From Octopus bimaculoides (Eukaryota): 64,000 bases of DNA. A program made the position numbers and the translations under genes. The DNA lies in contig NC_068999.1 in NCBI RefSeq assembly GCF_001194135.2, positions 27,364,652 through 27,428,651 on the forward strand. Direction: 5' to 3'. Below, piece after piece: positions 12,154 through 23,830 of this stretch. The notes below the pieces were generated by a model, which did not search any database, was not told the origin of the DNA, and worked only from the letters and a program-made list of their open reading frames with translations. Within the stretch, counting starts at the first letter, position 1; every line of letters starts with the position of its first letter.

Positions 12154-12435
12154 GAAAATTGCCGTATATATGTATATACATACGTATATACATATGTGTG
12201 TGTTTGTGTGTGTGTGTGCGCGTGCGCGCGTGCGTAGGTGTGTGTGCGTGCGTATGTGTGTGTGCTTGTAAGAGGTTATGGGCCAACAGGTCTTTGGGAT
12301 CTGACGATACGCTATAAAGCTAAACCCTTTATGAACAGGAAGCGTAAGGTAATCCCATAAACCGGCTTTGCCTATTTTTAATATATATATATATATATAT
12401 ACATATATATATGTGAGTAAAAATAAATACAAAAA

Positions 12436-12992
12436 AAGGGGTTTTGTATGATCGTGTATAGAGGAATATATTATTTTATTTAAAAGAGTTCCAGCTCTGT
12501 CTGTTTTTTATGTTCTATTTATATTCTTGTAAAATTAATGTGGGATATAGAATATGGAATATATAGTATACAATATAAAAATGGATGGTACAATGAAATG
12601 AAGTATTGAATGTCTTATTGAATATATGGAATATGTCTTATTGAATATATGAAATATTGAGTATTCAATATAAAGAATTAAATATATAAAGGCGAATACG
12701 TATTTTCAATACCTTGTGGTATTCATCATGGCCTAAATCTGACAGACTGTAGTTAATTCTTTATATTGAACACTCAATATTTCATATATTCAATAAGACA
12801 TATTCCATATATTCAATAAGACATATTCCATATATTCAATAAGACATTCAATACTTCATTTCATTGTGCCATCCATTTTTATATTATATATTATATATTC
12901 CATATTCTATATCCCACATTAATTTTACAAGAATATAAATAAAACATAAAAAGCAGACAGAGTTGGAACTAACTCTTTTAAATAAAATAATA
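12436..12992. repeat. Fold-back element with ~215-240-bp imperfect inverted arms and 22-bp subrepeats
   Basis: Arms at about 12468-12680 and 12752-12992 are reverse complements. The TATTCAATAAGACATATTCCATA-type unit has one more copy in the right arm. The right end runs into a gap. A partial second copy lies at 58690-58955. Confidence 0.8.
12690..12734 (-). ncRNA. Type I hammerhead ribozyme motif (one-nt insertion in core)
   Basis: Minus strand: aggc-CATGATGA-ataccacaaggtatt-GAAA-atacgtat-TC-gcct. Stem I is aggc/gcct, stem II is tacc/ggta, stem III is palindromic. Confidence 0.6.
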
Positions 12993-13209
12993 NNNNNNNN
13001 NNNNNNNNNNNNNNNNNNNNNNNNNNNNNNNNNNNNNNNNNNNNNNNNNNNNNNNNNNNNNNNNNNNNNNNNNNNNNNNNNNNNNNNNNNNNNNNNNNNN
13101 NNNNNNNNNNNNNNNNNNNNNNNNNNNNNNNNNNNNNNNNNNNNNNNNNNNNNNNNNNNNNNNNNNNNNNNNNNNNNNNNNNNNNNNNNNNNNNNNNNNN
13201 NNNNNNNNN

Positions 13210-13247
<38 letters not shown>

Positions 13248-13327
13248 CAAATGACATATGAGCATATGCATGTATACATACATATATGTTCATACCTACA
13301 TCTACATGTATATATAGATGCATATCC

Positions 13328-13520
13328 GGGTACAGGACGTCAGAAAAGTGAACGGGGAATAAAAAAAACGGACTTTGTTTACAGACAACAGAACGAACAC
13401 ATAGGAAAACAGACAAGCTACTTATGGAATTATTCCTTCATCAGCTGCCTCTATTCTAAACTAGGCGTTTCGAAGATAATGCAGGACGCACTCTTAGAGT
13501 AGTTCTTCCTGAGTAATGGA
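13328..13520 (-). mobile_element. Penelope-type terminal repeat fragment
   Basis: Shares terminal GGGTACAGGACGTCA and a downstream CCTTCATCAG (CTGATGAAGG on minus) with 16061-16260. Abuts (TA)n. Confidence 0.45.
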
Positions 13521-13906
13521 TTAACCCACTAAACAAGGTAGCAAACACAAACCAAGAGAGGAAAAATTAGACAGTGAAAACAACATTAAAAGGCCTTAGG
13601 GCCAAACACGATGAGATATTGAACGCAGTGATATGACGAAGCTGAACGAAGAAATAGGTGTTTCGTCTTCCCTTTATGCTGGCTGGGGTGAGAAAGGAAG
13701 AAGTGACCACAGGTCACATGTGAGCAAAGAGGAGTGGTAGAGGGAGGAAAAGGGAGGAAGTGGAACAAAGGTGAGCGACGAGAGACAGGGAGGAAGAGTA
13801 AGAGAGAGATATGTATAGCAGTAAAGGGGAGAAGTAAGAACAACAGAAGGAAGCAGAACGGGATGGGGAGATAGGTAAGAAGAAAGAAAGAAAGATAGAT
13901 GGATTG

Positions 13907-13971
<65 letters not shown>

Positions 13972-14028
13972 CAGACAGAAAGATAGAGTCGCGTCAGAAA
14001 TATAAAGTTGAAACTTACTTGCAAATTG

Positions 14029-14149
14029 ACGTACGGCCATATCACGTTGAAAGCACCGGTTCTTGTCCGATCACCGAAGTTAGGCAACATCGAGCCTAGT
14101 AAGTACTTAGATGTGTGACCGCTTGGGAAACCTAGATGCTGTAAGCATT
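14029..14149 (+). pseudogene. 5S rRNA gene copy, diverged (probable pseudogene)
   Basis: TACGGCCATATCACGTTGAAAGCACCGGTTCTTGTCCGATCACCGAAGTTAGGCAACATCGAGCC...GTGACCGCTTGGGAA...GCTGTAAGC follows the metazoan 5S consensus over ~120 nt. Box A/C substitutions; no T4 terminator. Confidence 0.9.
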
Positions 14150-14159
14150 CCATTTCTAT

Positions 14160-14482
14160 AGGCGTAGGAGAGGCTATATGGTAAGTAGGTTGCTTACGAA
14201 CAACAGGGTTCCGGGTTCAGTCCCACTGCGTGGTACCTTGGGCGAGTGTCTTCTACTATAGCCTCGGGCCGACCAAAGCCTTGTGAGTGGATTTGGTAAA
14301 CGGAAACTGAAAGAAGCCCCTCATATATATATATGTGTGTGTGTGTCTGCGTGTGTGTGTGTGTCTGCGTGTGTGTGTGTGTTTGTGTGTCTGTGTTTGT
14401 CTCCCCAACATCGCTTGATAACCGATGCTGGTGTGTTTACGTCCCCGTAACTTAGCGGTTCGGCAAAACAGACCGATAGAAT
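14160..14482 (+). mobile_element. SINE family B with expanded internal microsatellite, cut by gap
   Basis: GGGTTCAGTCCCACTGCGTGGTACCTTGGGCGAGTGTCTTCTACTATAGCCTCGGGCCGACCAAAGCCTTGTGAGTGG, then (TA)(GT)n, then the start of the tail. Confidence 0.88.
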
Positions 14483-15227
14483 ANNNNNNNNNNNNNNNNN
14501 NNNNNNNNNNNNNNNNNNNNNNNNNNNNNNNNNNNNNNNNNNNNNNNNNNNNNNNNNNNNNNNNNNNNNNNNNNNNNNNNNNNNNNNNNNNNNNNNNNNN
14601 NNNNNNNNNNNNNNNNNNNNNNNNNNNNNNNNNNNNNNNNNNNNNNNNNNNNNNNNNNNNNNNNNNNNNNNNNNNNNNNNNNNNNNNNNNNNNNNNNNNN
14701 NNNNNNNNNNNNNNNNNNNNNNNNNNNNNNNNNNNNNNNNNNNNNNNNNNNNNNNNNNNNNNNNNNNNNNNNNNNNNNNNNNNNNNNNNNNNNNNNNNNN
14801 NNNNNNNNNNNNNNNNNNNNNNNNNNNNNNNNNNNNNNNNNNNNNNNNNNNNNNNNNNNNNNNNNNNNNNNNNNNNNNNNNNNNNNNNNNNNNNNNNNNN
14901 NNNNNNNNNNNNNNNNNNNNNNNNNNNNNNNNNNNNNNNNNNNNNNNNNNNNNNNNNNNNNNNNNNNNNNNNNNTATATATATGTGTTAAATCTCTGAAC
15001 GATATATATATATATTAAATAGACTTCTATGTGTGTGTATTCGCTTTTCACGCGAAAGCGACTATGCGAGTTGGTTCCATATGTGAGATGCATGAACAAT
15101 TTGATCTTGGATACATAATAGGGTCATCATTTTATTTCTTTATTAGAAATAAATAATATTGCTTTAGATATATCATTCACTTCTTTAAAAGAATTTTTCA
15201 AAGTCAACTTCTGGTATTGACGTCGCA

Positions 15228-15377
15228 ATCGTAACTTAGCGGTTCGGCAAAAGACACCGATAGAATAAGTAACTAAGCTTACAAAGAATAAGTCCTGGGG
15301 GATTTGTTCGGCTAAACGCGGTGCTCCAGCATGGCCGCAGTCAAAATGACTGAAACAAGTAAAAGAATAAAAGAATA
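15228..15377 (+). mobile_element. SINE family B tail
   Basis: GTAACTTAGCGGTTCGGCAAAAG...GCGGTGCTCCAGCATGGCCGCAGTC...AAAAGAATAAAAGAA. Confidence 0.82.
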
Positions 15378-15425
15378 TATACACACATACATACATACAT
15401 ACATACATACATACATACATACATA

Positions 15426-15600
15426 CAGGCGTGGCTGTGTGGTAAGAGGCTTGCTTCCCAGCCACATGGTTCCGAGTTCAGTACCACTACGTGGAATTTT
15501 CTGCAAGTATCTTCTACTATAGACTCGGGCCGACCAAAGCCTTGTGAGTAAATTTGGTAGGCGGAAACTGAAAGAAACCCGTCGTATATATATGTATGTA
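15426..15600 (+). mobile_element. SINE family B head and central domain
   Basis: GGCGTGGCTGTGTGGTAAGAGGCTTGCTTCCCAGCCACATGGTTCCGAGTTCAGTACCAC. Confidence 0.82.
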
Positions 15601-15620
15601 TGTTTGTGTTATAATAATGT

Positions 15621-15727
<107 letters not shown>

Positions 15728-15940
15728 NNNNNNNNNNNNNNNNNNNNNNNNNNNNNNNNNNNNNNNNNNNNNNNNNNNNNNNNNNNNNNNNNNNNNNNNN
15801 NNNNNNNNNNNNNNNNNNNNNNNNNNNNNNNNNNNNNNNNNNNNNNNNNNNNNNNNNNNNNNNNNNNNNNNNNNNNNNNNNNNNNNNNNNNNNNNNNNNN
15901 NNNNNNNNNNNNNNNNNNNNNNNNNNNNNNNNNNNNNNNN

Positions 15941-16040
<100 letters not shown>

Positions 16041-16060
16041 GCATACATATATACATACGT

Positions 16061-16260
16061 GGGTACAGGACGTCACCAACTGTGTAAACATGTGTAAACA
16101 ACATTAAATACGAAAACAAACGAGTTAAATACACAAACAACGAGAGAAAGAATGGAAGGACAAGTAACACGGAAAACGACCCTTCATCAGTTGTCGGCTG
16201 TCTATCTACTCCTCATTTCGGGCATTCAACGACAATATGAGTCTTCGAAGACAGTTGCTT
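16061..16260 (-). mobile_element. Penelope-type terminal repeat fragment with degenerate hammerhead
   Basis: Same terminus as 13328. Minus strand has ctgtc..CGAAGA...GAAA tgaggag TA gatagacag. Confidence 0.45.
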
Positions 16261-16639
16261 CAATAGAATTTGGGATTTATGGACAGTCAAAGTTTGGAAC
16301 AAAAACAGGACAGCGGAGACATACAAGAAAACTGAAGGAAAGCGAACATGGAGGCTTGTTAGACCAGAACAAGAGGAAGACAGTGAACACTGGGAGAAAT
16401 ATTTTCTTTGAAAAGAGAAAAGAGAGAAGATAGAGACAGAGAGAAGACGTTCAGTCCTTAGAACTTCGTGCAGTAAACGAAAGATTGTCACGTGAAGAAA
16501 AGATAGATGGACGATGATCACGTGTGAGTAACGAGAGGGAGAGAGAGAAAAAGAGAAAGAGGAGAGAGAGACAGATAGGAAACGGTGAAGGAGGAAAGGG
16601 AATAGAGAAGGATGGGGGAGAAAACAGTATAGAGTAGAC

Positions 16640-18640
16640 TCTCACCTGTATTATAAGCGTTCGTTGAATTTCCGGTGGCTTCATAAATAATGGCCTCGAT
16701 CATACAGGCTCCATTTAGCGGGCATAAGTCTTTATCCCTTCAGGAGCAGCTGGCTTCGTGTTGTTGTGTTGCATTGTGTGTGACAACACTTTTAAAATTT
16801 GGAGTGGAACCAAAATTAATTTTTAGGTTATGCCTATTAAAAGAGTTTTCTATATTTGTGATGTATTGGAAAATGTCTATCTATAAGTGGCAAGAAATAT
16901 TTACCTATATTAAAGGTCACTTCGGAGGAATAAGGGTGTGTGAACCAGATAATTTTCCTGTGTCTATGTTTTCTTTACTTTATATCTAGTCTAATAGTAG
17001 GTGTGTGAGCTATTTCCTCTTTAAATCCACTAGCTTTCGGAGCATTGTTATATAGTGGGGCAGCATTATTAAATATGCTTATATTGGGAGAGAGGCTAGA
17101 AATTCTACTAATATTCTTAACTAAATTCTTAAACACTGTAGGGGTGTGGCAGGAACCTACATTAATATAACTAAGTCTATCGTAGGGCTTTCTATAGGAT
17201 TTGTCTATATTCTTTTGTAAATCTAGAGATACATCAAGGAAATTGGCAACCGTCAGGTTGGTATCTATTGTTATGCTAAGATCGGATGTTTTTATAATTG
17301 ATCTTGCGCTGGTCTATTGGTATTCTTAGCTAAAAATAGTGACATATACACCAAGAAAAGCTTTTCCTAACGTGTCAAGCAAGAATAGCCCAATGAGATC
17401 GCATATGCCTGCTCCATCATATGACCCCATGCTCACATCGAAAGAACCCTCTGTGTCTGCTGTCTTGACTCACTCTGTGTTCCTGCTGAAGAATAAGGTA
17501 TTTCTAGTACGGAGGATTATATCCTTATCTTGTTCACTAATCTCTGTAAAATCGCTTGCGAAAGTGAGGGCTTTATCTAGCAGTTTTCTAGAAAGAGATG
17601 CATAAAAATCTACAATATCAAATTGTGTAAATTTTGCTTTATTCTTATTTCTAATTGCTTTAAACCTGTTAAAATAAGTAACCGGATGCCAAGTATTAGT
17701 GCAATACGACCGTTTCAAGCGGCTCCATTTAATTGAAAAATGCAAGCATTACACCAGTTTAAATATAATGCTATCTTCAGTTGCAGAAATATGAATTTTC
17801 AATAGACAAGATATAGTAATATAATTTTTCCCAAATATTTTATTAGAGCTAGAGGATGAAAGAATTTCATGTTGCCACTATTGCAATAAGAATAACCTAA
17901 AGTACATTATGAAACTTAGGACGTTAAGGGCTCAGAGGAGAAAAAGTTTATAATCAATGTATAGCAAAAACCGTCTATTATTATGTTGTATAAAAATAAA
18001 AGTAAAAAATAATAAAAGGAGATATCAGAACCACATATATATTCCTTCATGTCTCTCGGGAGTTGGTTGCTGAATCTGCGGAATTTAATTTTTCTAAAAA
18101 GCCCGAAAAAGTATTTTTCAAAGGCTTCCAATTCCGAAATAGGTGGTGGGATTTTGGAAGATTTAAGTCCGTATTTGTTTCCGTTAGATTTCTGCTTTGT
18201 ATCAAAGAAGAAGTCTTTCCATCTCATTCTTCGAATAAACTCCTCCGTTTTTTCGATAAGACTCTTGTGGTATTGCTTCTGTGCCGAGATGGGTATATTT
18301 TGTAGAGAAAAATCCAATGGGTAAAGTTCCATTTCTTTCAGCTGTTTCTTCTTCTTACTTGTGGAGAGTCGTTCAAACTTTCTAAAGAAGAAGTGGGTTA
18401 CACCAGAGTAAGAACATAAATGCGAAACTAGGTGAAAAAATTGGTACTCGAATACCAGAGGTTGAGTAATATGTTTTATTAAAAAGCAGCAAAAATATCA
18501 CAAAATCTGTTACTCAGAGTTTCACGTACCCGTTCGTCGGACAGTTTTGTTTAGAATGGAACAAAATTAAGGTTATATGCATAAATATACAATTAGTTTG
18601 GTAGATACACATTTGAAAATGGTTTTGTTTCATTGGTCCT
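16640..18640 (-). mobile_element. Penelope-like retroelement, near full length but decayed
   Basis: FSLQNIPISAQKQYHKSLIEKTEEFIRRMRWK (17916-18332), RT motifs FDIVDFY, SFDVSMGSYDGA and NFLDVSL, and SFNRHNLKINF. The GIY-YIG region is truncated near 16640. Confidence 0.9.
18501..18549 (-). ncRNA. Type I hammerhead motif upstream of Penelope ORF (U4C substitution)
   Basis: Minus strand: caaaactgt-CCGACGA-acgggtacgt-GAAA-ctctgag-TA-acagattttg. All three stems pair. Confidence 0.7.
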
Positions 18641-18797
18641 TTTAACTAACAGTCTTTTCAATAACCGGTTGCATGCAGTAACAAATTGCGGTTTAAAATC
18701 ATATTATAAAAATCGAAGGAAACCTTAAATCAAAAATAGCTTATGAAGAAGGAAACGGCCTGAATACCCATATGTATATCTATATATACATATACAT

Positions 18798-18840
<43 letters not shown>

Positions 18841-18850
18841 NNNNNNNNNN

Positions 18851-18936
18851 GGGTCGATTTGTTCGACTAAAACTATTCAAGCTTGTGCTCCAGAATGGCG
18901 GCACTCATGACTAAATCAAGTAAAAGAATAAAAGAA
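18851..18936 (+). mobile_element. SINE family B tail remnant
   Basis: GGGTCGATTTGTTCGACTAAAA...GTGCTCCAGAATGGC...AAGTAAAAGAATAAAAGAA. Confidence 0.7.
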
Positions 18937-19006
18937 TTGGTGCGCTTGGTTTTGCAGCGGACGGACGGATGGACGGACAGATAGACAGACTGATAGATGA
19001 ATAGAT

Positions 19007-19047
<41 letters not shown>

Positions 19048-19794
19048 GAGAGAGAGTCCGTTGTTAAAGCAAGTAGAGGCTTTAATTGCTCAATATTTTA
19101 GATGAAAATACAAAATACAATTTCTATTAAAATGTCTTTTTTTTCAATCGATTACACAAAACGCAAACACAACATATATCTTAAAAGAAATATTTTGTAC
19201 CTTCCTTATCAATATGAATATTAATTATTTGGTCATTATTTTTGCCAATAGATATGTTGGCGTGCTTTGGCTCAATATTTTGTGTTACTATACTGTTTAT
19301 TCGAATTTGTCCCATTGCACTGGACATGTTTCATGTGACTTCATTCCTCTAGAGTTTAGAAAGGGATCTGTAGAATACAATGAAGGTAGGATGGTCGCCA
19401 AGGTATCAGCGACCTTGTTGAAGACTGTATATTCTCTACAAGGATTGTTCTTGTAGACAGTTTCATTGATTGCAGCTATACATCATGTGCATTTGATCTA
19501 TAGTCCTCGATAACTTTGTGTAGATTATCTTTCCTGATTTCAGGACACCGGCGTTCCTAGTGAAAGTCGAAGTCAGAAATAGCCTTCAACAACGCTCTGC
19601 TATCTGTTCATATTTTATTTCTTAATCATTTGTCAACTCAAAAAGTAATGTCTTTTCGGTATGAAATGATTACTTTATAACGGCTTTTACTTCTTCATAT
19701 CTACACTTTCAGATATAAATATCTGTGAGATTAGTTATCTATCGATTGTGATACCATCGAGGAGCGACTGTCATTTGAAGCCGTAGTGTTTATA

Positions 19795-19870
19795 TATATC
19801 ACATTTCAAACTTGAGAAAAGTTTTGCACATTTTTACTGTTCCACTTACAGATTGTATTTGTAATGTGCA
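19795..19870 (-). mobile_element. RLE non-LTR 3' coding-end fragment
   Basis: Minus strand reads TLQIQSVSGTVKMCKTFLKFEM. Near-identical DNA to 1761-1820 with mostly synonymous or conservative changes. Confidence 0.6.
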
Positions 19871-20419
19871 AGTCAGATGGTTGATTTCTTTTTCTGAAAA
19901 TTCAAGCTTACCCATACTGTCAGACATTTAATCACAAAACTAAGTGTACCAATTATTACACTGGGCAACAAAGAAAGATTTATTGTCTGCTACCCAGATA
20001 CGGTGATATACTAAACCAAATCGAGCACGCTGATTCCAAATCTGAACTCAGAATTGCTGTAGCACATCAGGATTTCGAGTTATGCGCATAATTATATATT
20101 AATACTATATTAGAATCAGAAATAGTTAAGTTCACGATAAATAATTATTATAATAGTATATTAATACTCTATATATATTTTGTAAGTGAAAGAGTATTGT
20201 GTTTGTCAACCAGCTTCACTTTCGCTAATCATGACATTGAAATTATTGTAATTTCGTATTTTCTTACGAAGATTCTAGTCCATGTTGTGTAGGGATGTTT
20301 ATGAATGAAAAGTACAAAAATCTAAGGAGAGATTATTATTGGGACAGAGGAATTAATTCTTCATCTTTTAGGGAGGGGATAAATAAATATACAAAAACTC
20401 AAAGGCTAAAGTAGTGAGA

Positions 20420-21195
20420 TGAAATGTTTATAGTGATGGGTATGTGAACATGAATTTAAATATATACTGAGTTATGCGTTCATATTTAGATGTGTTCTGT
20501 ATTTTTCGATAGATATATTGTTTCTTTGCAGTGGCAGATGGGGAAAATGCTGAAGTTCGGTTGGATATTACCTTCACGTCTCTCTATATGTTCACTCAAA
20601 AACTCTATCTGTACTGTAGGAAATAGATCTATTCCTTATGTAGTATGGTTCTCCGTCTAAGTGCGACACTTGTTTGTCCTATATAGTTATGTCCAGATTC
20701 TCGGAAGCACAACTGAAGTTGGTTTTAATTGTGAACCTCTCTCCTTGTTTGAATAAGAATTCCGAGCCTTCCTGTAAATTGGGGCATATTCCACAGTGTG
20801 AGTGTCCACATTTTTTAATCATTGCTTTCATGGCTGTTGTGTAAAGCTTCGCATTTGTCAGAAGTCTTTTCAGCGATTTGTGTTGCTTTTTGCATTTGAT
20901 GAAAATATGTGTGCTTTCAGAATGTTGTTCATTTTTGGATCCCTACAGAGCATAGCTAGATTTTGTACAATGATGTTGTATGCCTCATTGTCTCTAGGGT
21001 TGTGAGTTGATATATGCGGTAATGTTTTGAGATGTGGTGTGGTGTTATGCTTTGTTGTCCTTAGTGTTTTAATGCCTAATTTCTTGGCACGCTTACTTCC
21101 ATCGTCTATAAGTGAGGGTAGATATTGTCTCTCAGTTAGTGTTGTTCTGAGTTCTTGAAGACGGAGGTTCCGGCTATTTCCATCAAAAACTATTG
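20420..21195 (-). mobile_element. Penelope-like element, 3' half (thumb, linker, GIY-YIG)
   Basis: LTERQYLPSLIDDGSKRA...LPHISTHNP, KCGHSHCGICPNLQEGSEF...IKTNFSCASENL. Confidence 0.85.
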
Positions 21196-21645
21196 TGTCA
21201 TGATGATACCTGCTCAGAGGCCTACACAAAGTTTCAGAAACTGTATGGAGAGGAGTTTATGAGCCACACACAAGTGTACGAGTAGTTCAGATGTTTCCAA
21301 GATGTTCTCCCAGAACGTTCGTCAATATCGACATTTTTTTCAGCCATCATGGAAACGTCTGAACCACTCGTACACTTGTGTGCGGCTCTTACACTTTCGG
21401 CAACTTTGTGTAGGCCTCTGAGCAGGTATCACCATAACAACTTTTTCGGTCATAGTCAATGCGACGATCAAACGCAACACACCTTCCTTCCAAACACTGC
21501 TATAAACAGTGGAAGTGAGCTATAACGTTAAAAGTTAGTGCGCACGCACAGCAGAGTTCAAGGTCAATCTGTGCCCGGCAGTTTCAGACTGCGTGCTTTA
21601 GCTTCGTTACTATGACAACAATCCGGATACTTATTGATCGGGTCA
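21196..21645 (-). mobile_element. Mariner 5' end with inverted duplication of its HTH-coding segment
   Basis: TIR at 21645 (TA-TGACCCGATCAATAAGTATCCGGAT on minus). Minus strand reads RTQVYEWFRRFHDG..DERSGR. Segment 21196-21299 is an inverted copy of 21350-21439. Confidence 0.8.
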
Positions 21646-21853
21646 TATATGATGTTGGTAATCCACAAAAATGGCACAATATCGGTAAGCATCACTCCTG
21701 AATGGGATTGAGGGCGAGTTGTTTCGCCTATCTATGACTTTCAGATGTTTTCACATCTAGCATTATGAGGGAGTTGTCCCTAAAGCGGTCTATTGAAACG
21801 ACGCGACACAGCGAACAAGCAAAACACATACACAGAGCATGTGCGATCTGTAA

Positions 21854-21884
<31 letters not shown>

Positions 21885-22179
21885 TGGTTAACCAACGATT
21901 TTTTCCGGCAACTAATACTTAGAAGTATCCTTAATACGGATAAATTACGAAGAGAAGTCAAAATTCCCGTGCACAAGAGTCAAGTTCCTCGCGCAACTAC
22001 GGGTGACTTTTGAGAACCGTGTGTTTTATATGTATTATTTACACTGTACTTATTAGTGATGACACCAACCTTTTGAGAGATATCCTTATTTAGTCAAACG
22101 TAGGCACCAATCCATATCATAGAGCTCTCAAACGAGCAGATACGCACAGATGTAAACCGTTACTGATAGGTAAAAAATA

Positions 22180-22600
22180 CAAGTATCGGTTGAAATGTTC
22201 ATAAGCTAACCAAGATATTCTCATGAAATGTAACCAACTGACGTTTATTTTTCAACATAGATCCCCGTGTGGTTCACACAGTTCTTCCATTGTTGTGGTA
22301 GTGTTTGGGTCCCATTGGTGAAGAGCAATTCATCATGTTGGTCAAAAGAGTCACCAACAACAGATACGATGCCAAGATAACTGCGATACTGGTTCTCAGC
22401 CAAGTGAGTTTTTCATGTTGGGGAACAAATGATAGTCAGATAGGGCCAAATCAGGAGGATAAGAATGGTGATCAATAAGTGCAAAGTCACAGTCACTCAC
22501 AGCAGCCATAAAGATCAAGGACTTGTGTGCTGAAGTATTGTCCTGATGAAACAAGACCCATATCGTCAGTTTTCCTTGGCGTTTGGTCTTGAAATGTGTT
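22180..22600 (-). mobile_element. Mariner 3' fragment
   Basis: FHQDNTSAHKS...YPPDLALSDYHLFPNMK...WKNCV..GIYVEK, with a TIR-like end after TA at 22178. Confidence 0.85.
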
Positions 22601-22695
22601 AAATTTTACCCGGTAATATATTGGATAAATACAAATGGTTAAGTTACAACCAATATTACACACTGTATTTACAAATTATTAAGAAATGCAATATG

Positions 22696-22761
<66 letters not shown>

Positions 22762-22822
22762 AAAATTCACGAAAAAACAACAGACGTATATGTATGTACA
22801 TATATATACATATACATACATA

Positions 22823-23830
22823 CTAGCAAACGCACCCGTCCATTGGACTGTTTAAGTTGTTTTGATGGTATTCTATTCACCAATAATTGAACTACAGATA
22901 AGGTTTATGAGTAGCACGGCAATCTATGTTTCCGATTAACTTAGGAATGGAAAACCAAATTGAAGGCTGGTTATTGTGGACGTCGTTGCACTTTAATGAT
23001 CAGAGAACATATAAGTCTGTAAGCGATGCAAAGCAGAGCTACTGAAGTGTTTTGGGAGTCGATTACGGATAATGACTACAAAATATAGTTGTTTTACAGG
23101 AAAACGAAATTTCCTGTCAGAAACAGCTACATAAATGGTGTAAGGAAATTGAAGGAAGACGTTGAAAATTTCCCTCTTCAGGTAACGAAAAATGAAGACA
23201 TGAGGAGTTTGACTTCAGTTCATGAATACTGCTTTTAATCATTACAAATTCGCAGTGAAAAGATGTTGCGTTGTAAGGCAGACAAATAATAAAAAAAAAA
23301 AAATGTGAAAGCAACTAAAAAAAATATCCTATAATACAAATATACGACCATATAGATTTAAAAGTATAGAAAAGAGTCAAAATAGATGAATAGACAAAAG
23401 TCTTTCACTTTTATAATATTCTCTAACCAAAACACTTAATCACAAAATACACGCCAATACACATATAAAAAAATAGAAAGTTATAATACACAATTACAAC
23501 ATATTAATAAATAATAAAGAAATAATGTGAAAACCACTAAAAAAGTATTTTCTAACAATAATATACGACCATATAGGTTTAAAATGCATGGAAGACCCTA
23601 CATTAAAAAAAAAAATACGTACATACAACGAATTAGAGAAAAACCCTCGTAAACCACTGTTTTTCCCGGTTTTTACGCGGGAGCTCTTGGCGAAATGTTA
23701 TAGTACATGACTATCCTTGGGACATAAGTAATGTGTGTGTAACGTTTGGTGAAAATCGGTTGAGAATTGTGGAAATGTATGCGTTAGTAAATATACATGC
23801 ACATACTGTGATTTATATACACTATATATG
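22823..23830 (-). mobile_element. Non-autonomous Helitron-like element
   Basis: Minus-strand 3' end has hairpin GTCCAATGGAC followed by CTAG|T at 22823. The far end resembles the 5' region of the 35.6-37.1 kb Helitron (GTGTGTAACGTTTGGTGAAAATCGG) but its TC terminus is eroded. Confidence 0.6.

Noticed and set aside
19240-19700. Possible upstream RT-region relic of an RLE element
   Set aside because: Only faint motif resemblance after assuming frameshifts; cannot be supported without a profile search.
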